64,000 bases of DNA, taken from positions 1 to 64,000 of IMG/VR virus record IMGVR_UViG_3300028840_004626. The stretch is one strand, 5' to 3'. Below are positions 25,693-35,507 of the stretch, piece by piece (the first letter of the stretch is position 1; every line of letters starts with the position of its first letter). The translations under genes were made by a program, and so were the position numbers. A model generated the notes under the pieces. That model searched no databases, was not told the origin of the DNA, and saw only the letters and a program-made list of their open reading frames with translations. The DNA comes from a virus.

Positions 25693-27579
25693 ATGTCGTT
25701 TGAAAATTTGCCTGGCATTTTTCCAAATTGGATTGATGGCAATCTGCAAATTGCATCCGTCAACGAGAATCCCGTAGTGTTGGTTCTCGGTACGTCTCCT
25801 CGGGGAGACACGGAAACGCTTTATAAGGTCAACAGTGTATCTGATGCAGCCCGTGTATTCGGGCGTAGCGATGGTACCCTGGTTCGTGGTCTTTATGAAG
25901 TTGTTGCCGGTGGAGCCGAGAATCTACGTTTATTGCGTGTGGGTGCAACGGCTGCTTCTTTGAGCAATGTTGGTGGCGGTATTACCATCACCACCGTATC
26001 GAAAGATTATGATTCTGGTACTGACTATAATGTATTCTGGGATGATGCAGCAGGTCGGTTGCGTGTATGGCGTGCGTCTGACGACGAACTCGTATACGAC
26101 AACAACCCGACGTATCCTTCTGCAGCAATAGATCTATATGAGGTATCTGTAACTGGATCAGCATCTGGAAATCCGGGGGATATTGGTACCCTGTCATCGC
26201 CGTTGACTCTCAAGGCGGCCCATGGTGTTAGTGGCGCTTCTTATAGTGCCGGCACCGATGGCATTACCTTGAGTCGCATGGAGCTTTTTGAAGCCCTGTA
26301 TCGTGCATATGTAGTATTACAGAATGAAGATCTAGATGTTGTTGTTCCTCGGAACGTATATTTAGATGATTCAAATGTAAAAGATATGACTACGGCACAG
26401 GTTGTGACGCTGAATACGAGTGCTCCATGGGCCCTCACGTCTGCTTATCCAGAACCCGGTTCGTCCTACGATGCTCTTGGCAAAGTATTTGCTCAAGAGT
26501 ATGAGGGCGAATGGTACTTCTGGTGGGATATGGATAATGACGGCGTAGCCGAAATTTTTCCTTCGGCCGGTTCGGCATCCGCATCAACGGATGCTAACGG
26601 TACGGCTCTTGAGGCTGCAGATTTTCACGAAGCTAACTTCGGCTATCAATTAGCGGATTTTTGCTACACTCAATCAGAAGATAACGCTGAGATGATCGGT
26701 GTTATCGGTATGTTGCCGCCAGCTAGCTGGGCTTTGAAGGATGTAAGTAATTGGATCGGTGAACTTCCAACTTATACGGAAGACTCTTCGGGCAACTCTG
26801 TAATCTCTGCTGCTGCCGATAATGGTTCGGGTCTACTTGGTAACAAGTGGATGGCGGGTCGTAAAGGCAATAGTAGCACTGGATTACCTGGCCATATCGT
26901 CAGCGGTATCGATGGACTTGCTTATGGTGGGTTTATCGCAACTGATAATGGTTGGCCAGATGGTTCTCAGCAAGAGGATCGCAATGAGCATCTGATCGAC
27001 ATTGGTAAGTATATCTCTGTCGTAGGTGCACAGGCGGTACTTGCCAATCCAACGAATCCAACTTCATATGCTGCTAGTGGCGCGTCTGTTTATGCCGGAT
27101 TGATCGCATCACTGCCGGCTAACAGTGCTCCAACCAACAAGCTCCAGCCCGGAGTCAGGCTTCCCTTTAGGATTAGCGTGGCCAAGCTGGATAGTCTTGC
27201 TGGATTGGGCTATGTAATGTTTCAACGTAAGACCAAGGGTATCGTCGTTGCTGACGCTCCGACGGCATCCCGCCCAGATAGCGATTATCAACGGTTGACC
27301 ACCGTACGTATTGTTAAGGCGACTATCGACGCAATACGTAATGTTGGCGACAAGTTTATTGGAGAACCGATTACTGGTGCGAGGCTTGCGGCTCTGGAGA
27401 CCGCAATTAATCAGTCCCTGGTGAAATTGCAGAAACTTGAGTTCCTGCAAAGATTCCAGGTTGCTGTAACCTCGACACCTACGCAGCAAGTACAGGGTAA
27501 AGCGGACGTCGAGATGATCCTCGTCCCGGCCTTTGAGCTGCGTCAAATCACCGTGTACGTGTCGCTCGCGGCACAATAG
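25693..27579 (+). CDS. Tail sheath protein
   Basis: N-terminal LPGIF, VLVLGTSPRG; C-terminal LTTVRIV..IRNVGDKFIGEP..VPAFELRQITVYV. Confidence 0.9.
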   Translation: MSFENLPGIFPNWIDGNLQIASVNENPVVLVLGTSPRGDTETLYKVNSVSDAARVFGRSDGTLVRGLYEVVAGGAENLRLLRVGATAASLSNVGGGITITTVSKDYDSGTDYNVFWDDAAGRLRVWRASDDELVYDNNPTYPSAAIDLYEVSVTGSASGNPGDIGTLSSPLTLKAAHGVSGASYSAGTDGITLSRMELFEALYRAYVVLQNEDLDVVVPRNVYLDDSNVKDMTTAQVVTLNTSAPWALTSAYPEPGSSYDALGKVFAQEYEGEWYFWWDMDNDGVAEIFPSAGSASASTDANGTALEAADFHEANFGYQLADFCYTQSEDNAEMIGVIGMLPPASWALKDVSNWIGELPTYTEDSSGNSVISAAADNGSGLLGNKWMAGRKGNSSTGLPGHIVSGIDGLAYGGFIATDNGWPDGSQQEDRNEHLIDIGKYISVVGAQAVLANPTNPTSYAASGASVYAGLIASLPANSAPTNKLQPGVRLPFRISVAKLDSLAGLGYVMFQRKTKGIVVADAPTASRPDSDYQRLTTVRIVKATIDAIRNVGDKFIGEPITGARLAALETAINQSLVKLQKLEFLQRFQVAVTSTPTQQVQGKADVEMILVPAFELRQITVYVSLAAQ

Positions 27580-27592
27580 GGAGGATAACTAG

Positions 27593-28303
27593 ATGCCTAC
27601 TCAGGGAAGTCCTTATGCAAGAAGTTATAACAGTTTCTCTGGCGTGGATATTAAGGCTGTCTTCGCTAACAAGGTGATTGGTGAACTCCAGGCCATCAGT
27701 TACTCCATTACTCGCGAAAAAGCACCGGTTTATACGATGGGCTCTTCAGATCCACGTTCTTTCTCTCGTGGAAAGCGCGGAATCGCTGGCACGCTCGTAT
27801 TTATCGTGTTTGTTTGCCATGTACTACTGTCAACGCTTGGTGGATACAGCACTGACGGTGGATTGAAGTTTCAGTCCGATATCGATGATATTAGACCGGA
27901 ATTTCGCGACCAGACAGAGGTCGGCGGAACCGTGGGTTCTGCAGGCGGGCTTTCGTCCGTATTGCAGGGAACCAGCGGAACCTCGGCTGCTGATACGATT
28001 GATAACCAAGAGAGTCCTCTCACTAGCGTGGGTTCGGACCAAGAAATTGCTACCGCATGGTATGCTGACCAAATCCCGCCCTTCGACGTGACTTTGGCAG
28101 CTGCTAACGAATACGGTGCTCTCGCTGTAATGCGTATCTTTGGCGTCGAGCTACTCAACGAAGGCTATGGCGTTTCGATTGATGATATCGTTTCGGAACA
28201 GCAACATACATATGTTGCCCGGACAATTATCGGTTGGACCCCAGTGCCGAGTGCTAACGCTGAGACCATTGCATCGCAGGGCGGAGTGAACACTAGTTCC
28301 TAG
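27593..28303 (+). CDS. Tail tube protein
   Basis: SFSGVDI, ELQAISYSITREKAPVYTMG..PRSFSRGKRGIAGTL, DQIPPFDVT, SIDDIVSE..YVAR; follows the sheath; followed by a terminator. Confidence 0.85.
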   Translation: MPTQGSPYARSYNSFSGVDIKAVFANKVIGELQAISYSITREKAPVYTMGSSDPRSFSRGKRGIAGTLVFIVFVCHVLLSTLGGYSTDGGLKFQSDIDDIRPEFRDQTEVGGTVGSAGGLSSVLQGTSGTSAADTIDNQESPLTSVGSDQEIATAWYADQIPPFDVTLAAANEYGALAVMRIFGVELLNEGYGVSIDDIVSEQQHTYVARTIIGWTPVPSANAETIASQGGVNTSS

Positions 28304-28328
28304 TGCTAACTCAGCAACAGTCTAGAAT

Positions 28329-28364
28329 AGCCCCCTGGGGATTGACCTGGGGGGCTTTTCTTTT
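28329..28364 (+). terminator. Rho-independent terminator after the tail tube gene
   Basis: AGCCCCCTGGG...CCTGGGGGGCT hairpin followed by TTTCTTTT. Confidence 0.85.
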
Positions 28365-28396
28365 AATATAGAAGAGGTAGCTTTTCCACATTTTAT

Positions 28397-28405
28397 TGCT
28401 ATCCT
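28397..28405 (+). promoter_or_regulatory. Putative extended -10 promoter (TGcTATCCT)
   Basis: Downstream of the terminator, upstream of the GGTGG RBS; recurring motif. Confidence 0.5.
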
Positions 28406-28421
28406 AAACTTGGTGGTGTAA

Positions 28422-29378
28422 ATGGGCTTTAGCTTTGGTAAAATCAGCAAAAGTAACTATGATTACTTAATTGGCGACGAATATAAGTTTACGGGCACTG
28501 TAGTTGCAAACGGAATCAGCTACAGCGGCGCTGATATTAAAGTCGTAGTTAATGTATATCAGGAAGCACTACAGCGACTCAGAAAAGAAAGCGATGAGCT
28601 ACTAGCTGAACGTCAAGAATATCAAGACTTTGCAGATCAAGAGTGGCAGAACCGCAAGAGAGCTATCAGGGAGCTTCAGGCTCTTAAGCCGGGAACCCAG
28701 GAGCGAAACCGTAAAGCGGGAGAAGTAGCTGCCCATGATTCAAACTATGAAAATGCCAAAAAGGCTGCAGATGCCCTAGATTCTCAACATAAAAGTAAAT
28801 ATCAAGACTTAGATAAGCCTCCCACTAAGGTTTTGGCTGAAGCGCAAACGTTGTCTATTTCAACTTATCGCGAAAAGGTTGGCGTAAGGTCATTGGGATC
28901 AACATACCCTAAAGCGTTTACCCGTGGGCCGCGTCAAATCGCAGGCAGTCTTATTTTTACAGTATTTGATCGAGATGTGCTTTATGATTTTCTAGAAGCG
29001 CATCCGTCAGATTTTGATTCAAATACAGCGTCCTCAGCCATCATGGACCAGCTACCACCTGTTGATATTATTGTATCGTTTGCTAACGAGATTGGGTCTG
29101 TCTCGCGCATGGCCCTTTATGGAGTAGAGTTTATGAGCAGCGGACAGGTGATGTCGATTGAAGATATGCTAACTGAAAACACTGTTAATTATGTGGCGCG
29201 CGATTTTGATCCAATGAGTCATGTTGGCGTGGTTGATCTTACCAAGAGCAACGAAGATCAATTTATTTGGCATAGCAAAAAGGCCAGTGACCTTTTGTAC
29301 GAGGATGACTATGAGGAGATTCGATCTGCCGTAGATCCTTTTGAGCGTTTTCGTCGACGGCGCAACCCATTCTTATAG
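28422..29378 (+). CDS. Tail-tube paralogue 2 (tube initiator-like) with coiled-coil insertion
   Basis: YSGADIK, QTLSISTYREK, FTRGPRQIAGSLIF, DQLPPVDI, MSIEDMLTE..YVAR all align to 27593..28303. Confidence 0.8.
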   Translation: MGFSFGKISKSNYDYLIGDEYKFTGTVVANGISYSGADIKVVVNVYQEALQRLRKESDELLAERQEYQDFADQEWQNRKRAIRELQALKPGTQERNRKAGEVAAHDSNYENAKKAADALDSQHKSKYQDLDKPPTKVLAEAQTLSISTYREKVGVRSLGSTYPKAFTRGPRQIAGSLIFTVFDRDVLYDFLEAHPSDFDSNTASSAIMDQLPPVDIIVSFANEIGSVSRMALYGVEFMSSGQVMSIEDMLTENTVNYVARDFDPMSHVGVVDLTKSNEDQFIWHSKKASDLLYEDDYEEIRSAVDPFERFRRRRNPFL

Positions 29379-29389
29379 GAGTGTCTTAA

Positions 29390-30226
29390 ATGCCTAGACC
29401 GCCATTTACAGCCATACATGATATGGACTACTTTTCTGGTAGCCAAACATTTCTATATATTGGTGACGTTTTGGTTGATGAGGTCACCTCTATTCAATAT
29501 AGCTTAAGTCAGACTAAGGCTCCTATCTATGGTTATGCTTCTCAGATGTTTGACACTGTTGCTGTTGGACAGGTTGGCGTGTCGGGAAACTTTACAGTGA
29601 ACTTCAAAGAGGCTGGATATCTCTGGGCAGTATTGCGGCGCTATTTTCAAATTGCAGATTCAGGTATTACATTTGGGGGACCCAAATCTGGATCTGGAAA
29701 AGCTGAGGATCGCCTATTAAAGAATTATGAAAATGCACGGGTTGAGGCAGGGGGCTCACGGTCCCAGTTAGACGAAACACGTCGTGGTGTTTTGGGTTTA
29801 AATAAGCCCCTAGTTGGATCCAGGGGTAGTCGTATATCTCTGGCATCTATTGAGCGCCTATTATCTGGCGACGCCAATCGCGATGAGCGTTATGATTTTT
29901 ATCAAAGCATTGCTGGCTATGCAACGTTTGACCAGGATAGTCCCCGAGATAAGGCCTTCGAAGATCTAATGGAGGTTTTTGAAGACCAGGTATGGGGTTC
30001 CAGTACGAGCAATGAGGACCTGATCAATCAATTGCGCAGGGCAGACGATAACAGGTTTGATGGCTTTGATATCTATATTGTGTACGGCAACTACCAAAAC
30101 GAGATGGCCAACCATACTGTGCGTAAGATCGTAGGGGCCCATATTACCGGACAAGCACAAATGGTACAGATTGATGGACAGCCACTACAGGAACAATATA
30201 CATTTTTGGCCCAAACTATTGTATAG
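29390..30226 (+). CDS. Tail-tube paralogue 3
   Basis: YFSGSQ, IQYSLSQTKAPIYGYAS, VSGNFTVNF, FDIYIVYG, EQYTFLAQ. Confidence 0.75.
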   Translation: MPRPPFTAIHDMDYFSGSQTFLYIGDVLVDEVTSIQYSLSQTKAPIYGYASQMFDTVAVGQVGVSGNFTVNFKEAGYLWAVLRRYFQIADSGITFGGPKSGSGKAEDRLLKNYENARVEAGGSRSQLDETRRGVLGLNKPLVGSRGSRISLASIERLLSGDANRDERYDFYQSIAGYATFDQDSPRDKAFEDLMEVFEDQVWGSSTSNEDLINQLRRADDNRFDGFDIYIVYGNYQNEMANHTVRKIVGAHITGQAQMVQIDGQPLQEQYTFLAQTIV

Positions 30227-30235
30227 TTATTTTAT

Positions 30236-30264
30236 TTGCATAAGTTAGCGAAAAATGCTACTTT
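30236..30264 (+). promoter_or_regulatory. Putative sigma70-type promoter TTGCAT-17-TACTTT with TG extension
   Basis: -35 at 30236-30241, 17-bp spacer, TGc-TACTTT at 30256-30264. Confidence 0.55.
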
Positions 30265-30298
30265 GTTAGAACCAAACTACGGAATACAGGAGAATATA

Positions 30299-30715
30299 AT
30301 GAGCGAAGAAGCAACCGTGCAAGAGCAAGAAGCACCACAAGAACAGGCACCTAACCTTATGGCATTACTCAAAGAATTCAAGGGTGCCCCAGACCAGGCG
30401 CAGATTGATGCTTGGAAACAGCAGTACGGCGAAGTATTTATTTCTGGCTTTTCAGAGGATGAGGTTTTTATTTGGCGTCCCATCTGTAGACCAGAGTATA
30501 TTGAGGTACAGACAAAGCTGCAGGATCCAAAGAACGATCTCAATCAGTGGGATCTAGAGGAGCTGATTTGTGACACGGCTGTGCTCTGGAAGTCCAAAGA
30601 TGTTGATTGGAAAACCGGAAAAGCTGGCACCCCACAGAGCCTTTCAGAACAGATTATGTCTAACTCGAACTTTATGTCGCCTCAAGCTGCCAGCATGTTG
30701 GTTGCAAAACTGTAA
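30299..30715 (+). CDS. Tail assembly chaperone
   Basis: QIDAWKQQYGEVF..FIWRPICRPEY..EELICDTAVL..KAG; AGGAG RBS supports ATG 30299; lies between tubes and tape measure. Confidence 0.7.
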   Translation: MSEEATVQEQEAPQEQAPNLMALLKEFKGAPDQAQIDAWKQQYGEVFISGFSEDEVFIWRPICRPEYIEVQTKLQDPKNDLNQWDLEELICDTAVLWKSKDVDWKTGKAGTPQSLSEQIMSNSNFMSPQAASMLVAKL

Positions 30716-30718
30716 TGA

Positions 30719-31609
30719 TTGATGTCATATCGTCAACTAGTCGATACGCGCCGTCACTACGGCGGTGTTTATACTACATCTTTTGAGGATGGGTTAATAG
30801 TTCCTTGGAAACCCCTATCCCTAGGGGATTATATTCAATATGATGTAGATATTCAGCGCAAGTTTATCCCTCCATCTGTAATTGAGGATGAGATCTTTCG
30901 CAAATGTGTCCTCGACCCGAGGATCGTAGAAGACATTCATACCTATCGAGCTGGACTAGTATCCACAGTCGTTCAGACTATCTGGCAGTTTTCTGGTCCT
31001 ACTAGTGGGCCTAGTTTTCAAGAAGATATTGAACAAACGCGTCTCCTTATGGCTGGTGGCAATTCAGCTATCTTGCATCAGTGTAGCGAAATTATAGCTA
31101 CAGCTTTTCCGTATAAGCCAGAAGAGATCTATGCCATGGACTATCGTACATTTTTGACCAGACTCGTACAGGCTGAATCCAAAATGTTAAAAGTTGGTCT
31201 ACTTAAAGAGCCCGTATCTATCACACAGCTTGACCAGGAGCCCCAAACAAAACAGGCTCCGAAATTTGCCAATCTTAATAAGCCAGACATTGATGCCAAG
31301 AGACTATGGGAGCAGCAGCAGCCAAAGCCTGTAGTCCAGAAACCCAAGAGTGAGCCTAAAGCTGCAGGCGGCAAATGGTGGAAGGTATCCCCTATCTTAG
31401 AAGCTAAAAAGAAACACAATGTGAATTTTGGGGCAGAAACCAAGATGACAGAACAATTCTTGTTAGATAGCCACGAAGCCCGTGAGCCTGAAGAAATGCG
31501 TCGTTACCTCATAGACTCCAAAATTGGCAAAGTTCGTGATAAGATGATAAAACAGGCTCAGGATATGTATTCTGATGTCATCAAGCAGCTGGAATCTAAA
31601 AAGAAGTAG
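30719..31609 (+). CDS. Second tail assembly chaperone (paralogous N-terminus, extended C-terminus)
   Basis: YGGVY..VPWKPLSLGDY..EDEIFRKCVL..RAG aligns with the upstream chaperone. Confidence 0.65.
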   Translation: MMSYRQLVDTRRHYGGVYTTSFEDGLIVPWKPLSLGDYIQYDVDIQRKFIPPSVIEDEIFRKCVLDPRIVEDIHTYRAGLVSTVVQTIWQFSGPTSGPSFQEDIEQTRLLMAGGNSAILHQCSEIIATAFPYKPEEIYAMDYRTFLTRLVQAESKMLKVGLLKEPVSITQLDQEPQTKQAPKFANLNKPDIDAKRLWEQQQPKPVVQKPKSEPKAAGGKWWKVSPILEAKKKHNVNFGAETKMTEQFLLDSHEAREPEEMRRYLIDSKIGKVRDKMIKQAQDMYSDVIKQLESKKK

Positions 31610-31618
31610 GTGTCGTGA

Positions 31619-34600
31619 TTGCCTCCATTTCAGCCCTATACATATGGACTCAGTTCCAACCAGCCGGTAGCGCTGGCTGAGGACAGTTTAACTAGGGCTG
31701 AGGCAAGTACGCGTACGTATTGGGATGCCGGCCCGCAGCCACTATCTAACCCTCTAGAAGACCAACTATCTGGCTTAGCTTCTTTTGGTCTGGGCGTTGG
31801 GGCATTAGCTGCCGCTGGTCGTATGCAGTTCGGCCAGCAGCGTGGATGGGACTTTTATGCCCGTTTTATTCGGACAGTTGAAGAGTTTTCTCCTGGTCGC
31901 GTTTTACGAACCTTTCAGCTAAGCCACCTAATTTCTCCCCTTGAGACGGCCTCAAGGCAACAAAGGTATATTTCTGGCGCAGTTTTACAAGACCTGGCTC
32001 AGCGCAAGGGAGGGAAAGACTTCCTGCGTTATATTGCCAGGTTGACAGGCAGAGATCCGCAATTCCTTGATGATATTCTAAGCTACGGTATCCGATTTGA
32101 GGGCGGCAAGCTTTTTCTAGGCAAAACGAATAAGGTCATTCTGAAACATGCTGCTGTTATCAGATCTCCTGCATTTGCAGCTCCTGCGTTCCAGATGGGT
32201 TATGTGAGATCTGCATTAGGTGGCCCTGCCGCTGACGATATTTTCAAGAGCATGATTAAGTTTCGGGGGGTCACGGGCCGACCCGAGCACGAGTCATTTC
32301 TCTTTATTGGAGGCAAAACAAGAGCACAGGCATGGCGTCGTTATCTTTTTGGATATGGCACAACTCTAGTTGAGAGAATGAACCAGTTGGCACGAGCACC
32401 CTTCGAGCTCGAGCCCTTTGCTACCATCATGCACAAGGTGCCTATTTTGCGTAGTTTGCGCCTGGGTGTGGTTCCGTCGAGTGGCCTCAAGACACTTGGT
32501 AAACTAACTGGAAAACTGGGCATCCTTGGTTTTGCCGCAATGCTGGCCTATAAGGAACTCGATTATCAGGCTAGAAAGTCTGAATTTCTTGACAAGACTC
32601 TTCTTGGGGAAGGTATCACAGCTGGCATTGGTAAGCTAGTAACGCAATCTAATCTTGCTGCTTCGCGCATCGCAGAATACACGGGACTACAAGATTATCG
32701 GGAATGGCAAGAAAAGATTGCTCCTGGCAGTACCAGCCTAACTAAATTGGCCGCTTTTCCGATTATGGGTGCATTGGGTGCCTCCTGGATGGGGTATGGA
32801 AGGCGCATACATGAACAATTGAAGTTTCAGCGCATGGGCCTGTCCATGAATGAAGCCGCTATGGCCACAGCAGCCCAAAGCGATGCCTTTATGGCTGCTA
32901 TTTATGGAAGGAAAAAGAAGCGTCCATCATATCTACCCTCTCAGGCACAGCAGATCATACATCAACAAACAGAGAAGCGAGTAGCTGGCTGGGAAGGCAA
33001 GATGGCCAAGTTGGTTGCAAGTATGCAGGATGGGCGACGAAAGGGCCTGACCGGTACTTTAGCCCGTATGATGGGACAAATGACCCCTAGCAAAGTTCAT
33101 GCGATCTTGGGCATAGGTGTGGGTTTTGGACTTATACTTCCATTTTTGCCTGGAGCATTGTTGCCATCAGAAAGACCAGAAGAACTAGAGGCCCTTTACG
33201 CTGGCCGCAAGAGGGTTCCGGTTCGCAAGGGTCGATGGTGGGAATTTGGACGTTCCCCGTATGAAGGTAAACGGGTCCAATACTATAGGCAGCACTGGTA
33301 TCCGCGCATGCTTACCCGGGCTAGAGAAAAAGCTATTTATGGCGAAGATATGTCGCCGTTTGAGAGATTTTTTCACGAGAATTTCACCTATGAGCTTGAA
33401 AAGAAACATTATTATGAAAGGCCCTATCCGGTAACGGGAACAGCATTTGAGGATATTCCATTCATAGGGCCGGTATTGGCAGCCACCATTGGGCGTTTCT
33501 TTAAGCCCCCTAAGTTAATGCATACAGAGGACTGGATGCGCGTAGGGGCAGAAGGTGAAGAATTAACCGTTAGAATGCCTGAAAAATATGGTTATGAGCC
33601 TGTTGCTGAAGAGGTCGGCGGAGAGCTACCCCAGGGATCTCCTATCTCTCCCTACGGGGCCAAGGGGGTTGTCGGCGAGCAGATTTACCGTATGACAGAA
33701 ATGATTGGTTTGCCTGGTTTTACCATGACAGCCATAAAAGAGGCCATCACAGGAGAATCTGATACTTTTGCCCAGGAGATGCAATTAGAGTCTGCTCGTA
33801 GACTGTACGGCGCAGAGAGGGCTTATTGGGATCTTGAATTAGGTGGCGGGATAGGCACCACAGAGCTTGTGCGACGCCTGTATCCACATAGGCGACGTCA
33901 GATACCCATGTATAATCCGATCCGGAACCGTATGCCAGAATGGCTCCCAGGGGCCGGAGAACGCGCTCCAGACTTCTTAAAGGGTGATCCGTATGCGAAG
34001 GTCCAAGAAGGGGAATTAAGGCTTCCTGGGCCGGGCTACGCAGCCCTATACCCAGAGTTGGAAGGGGTTGCATATGAGGATTATCCTCTGATCCATAGAT
34101 TTGCTATTTTGGCAGACGTGGCCCCATATACAGAACGATTCAAACAGATTGAGCGTCAAGTAAGGGCAAGCATCAAAAGGAATGAGCTTTCTGAGCAAGA
34201 AATTGCTATATATCGCGAGCGGATGGAAGAAGTTAAGGCTCGCAAAGTAAGAAAACAATTTTCCCCCTACAAGTACAGGGAGAGAAAACTGAGTGTTCCC
34301 GAGATGATACTGGCTGAAGCCAATGAATTAGAGAAGGAGAAGGCTGAGGAGGTTTCACTAATGGAAGAGGTCTTTGGTAGTTATTGGGAGACCTTGGCTC
34401 ATGAATCTGAAACCCCACTTGAATACCTGACTCCAATTAGTCCAGGAGCAAAGCTAATTCATATGAGGACTGCGGTCGAAGATTATGAAAGAACAGTAGC
34501 ATACGGAACAGAAAATGCATTCTGGGGACATCCCATCAGAGACTTCTTTAAGCCGTTTGCTGACACCATGAAGCATGCTCTTGGCTGGGAGGGCGAGCCC

Positions 34601-35497
34601 AGTCAAGTATCGCAAATGCGTGAATTAGAAGAGTATTTTGACATTTTAGAATATGTGAAGTACACCGCCCTCAAGCGACAGGCTGCGCGCCAACAGGATG
34701 AGGAAACTGTTGCCGACATGGAGCAAAAACGTCGCGAAACTCTATTTGGGATTAATCCATATACGTATAAGTTTTCCCAAATTTTTCGAGCACTTCCAAG
34801 ACGCGAGCGAGACTATTTCAATGCTTTTGTAGAAGCAGATATGGAGGAGCGTGCCCAGATTATTGGCATGGTCCCGGAAAATGAACAGGCACTTTATATA
34901 GCGCGGTGGCAATTGCGTGATGCAGATAACCTACGCAAGGCTATTAAAAAGGGCCTTTTGACTGAAGATCAGGTTGAACAGGCCAGGCAGACACTCAACG
35001 AATTATATCGCAGTCGCGATGTTGAGGGAATGCCAACCAGCAAAGAACTATGGGTGGAGTATCTGGCGACGCGCTTAGACGGAGAGAGTTATGCTGACTG
35101 GTATAGGCGCCGATATTTGTTGGCTGAAAAGTTGGATGGACGCATGCTTCCAGGGCCCGATTGGAAAGGATGGCATCCATCAGTTGACCTTGAGGATATC
35201 AAGTTAAAGATTGTTCAAGATGAAGGACGCAATATGTTTGAATACGATTTATGGCCAGATCGTGCCAGGATGGTTGCAAGGCGCCCAGCAGTAGAAGAGG
35301 CCGCAGAAGAATTACGTGGTACACTGAGTGAATCTGATGTGCGCTCTCGTATGCAGAATATCTTAGAAGCACACGGACTTGGCACGTCGCATGTGTCAGT
35401 ATTACCGACACTTGGAGAATCTGTGGTAGATTTAGATATTACAGAGAACAGAGATGCGGAGCTTATTAGTATTGCAAGAAAGCAATTACTAAATTAG
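31619..35497 (+). CDS. Tape-measure-position large helical virion protein
   Basis: 1292 aa, helical with several hydrophobic segments; located after the chaperones and before the hub. Function inferred from position. Confidence 0.55.
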   Translation: MPPFQPYTYGLSSNQPVALAEDSLTRAEASTRTYWDAGPQPLSNPLEDQLSGLASFGLGVGALAAAGRMQFGQQRGWDFYARFIRTVEEFSPGRVLRTFQLSHLISPLETASRQQRYISGAVLQDLAQRKGGKDFLRYIARLTGRDPQFLDDILSYGIRFEGGKLFLGKTNKVILKHAAVIRSPAFAAPAFQMGYVRSALGGPAADDIFKSMIKFRGVTGRPEHESFLFIGGKTRAQAWRRYLFGYGTTLVERMNQLARAPFELEPFATIMHKVPILRSLRLGVVPSSGLKTLGKLTGKLGILGFAAMLAYKELDYQARKSEFLDKTLLGEGITAGIGKLVTQSNLAASRIAEYTGLQDYREWQEKIAPGSTSLTKLAAFPIMGALGASWMGYGRRIHEQLKFQRMGLSMNEAAMATAAQSDAFMAAIYGRKKKRPSYLPSQAQQIIHQQTEKRVAGWEGKMAKLVASMQDGRRKGLTGTLARMMGQMTPSKVHAILGIGVGFGLILPFLPGALLPSERPEELEALYAGRKRVPVRKGRWWEFGRSPYEGKRVQYYRQHWYPRMLTRAREKAIYGEDMSPFERFFHENFTYELEKKHYYERPYPVTGTAFEDIPFIGPVLAATIGRFFKPPKLMHTEDWMRVGAEGEELTVRMPEKYGYEPVAEEVGGELPQGSPISPYGAKGVVGEQIYRMTEMIGLPGFTMTAIKEAITGESDTFAQEMQLESARRLYGAERAYWDLELGGGIGTTELVRRLYPHRRRQIPMYNPIRNRMPEWLPGAGERAPDFLKGDPYAKVQEGELRLPGPGYAALYPELEGVAYEDYPLIHRFAILADVAPYTERFKQIERQVRASIKRNELSEQEIAIYRERMEEVKARKVRKQFSPYKYRERKLSVPEMILAEANELEKEKAEEVSLMEEVFGSYWETLAHESETPLEYLTPISPGAKLIHMRTAVEDYERTVAYGTENAFWGHPIRDFFKPFADTMKHALGWEGEPSQVSQMRELEEYFDILEYVKYTALKRQAARQQDEETVADMEQKRRETLFGINPYTYKFSQIFRALPRRERDYFNAFVEADMEERAQIIGMVPENEQALYIARWQLRDADNLRKAIKKGLLTEDQVEQARQTLNELYRSRDVEGMPTSKELWVEYLATRLDGESYADWYRRRYLLAEKLDGRMLPGPDWKGWHPSVDLEDIKLKIVQDEGRNMFEYDLWPDRARMVARRPAVEEAAEELRGTLSESDVRSRMQNILEAHGLGTSHVSVLPTLGESVVDLDITENRDAELISIARKQLLN

Positions 35498-35507
35498 GGG
35501 GATCATT

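Noticed and set aside
30236-30298. TTG start for the tail chaperone
   Set aside because: Coincides with a -35 element; ATG 30299 has the AGGAG RBS
30700-30725. Programmed -1 frameshift between the chaperone genes
   Set aside because: No canonical X XXY YYZ slippery site, and the two ORFs are in the same frame behind a double stop
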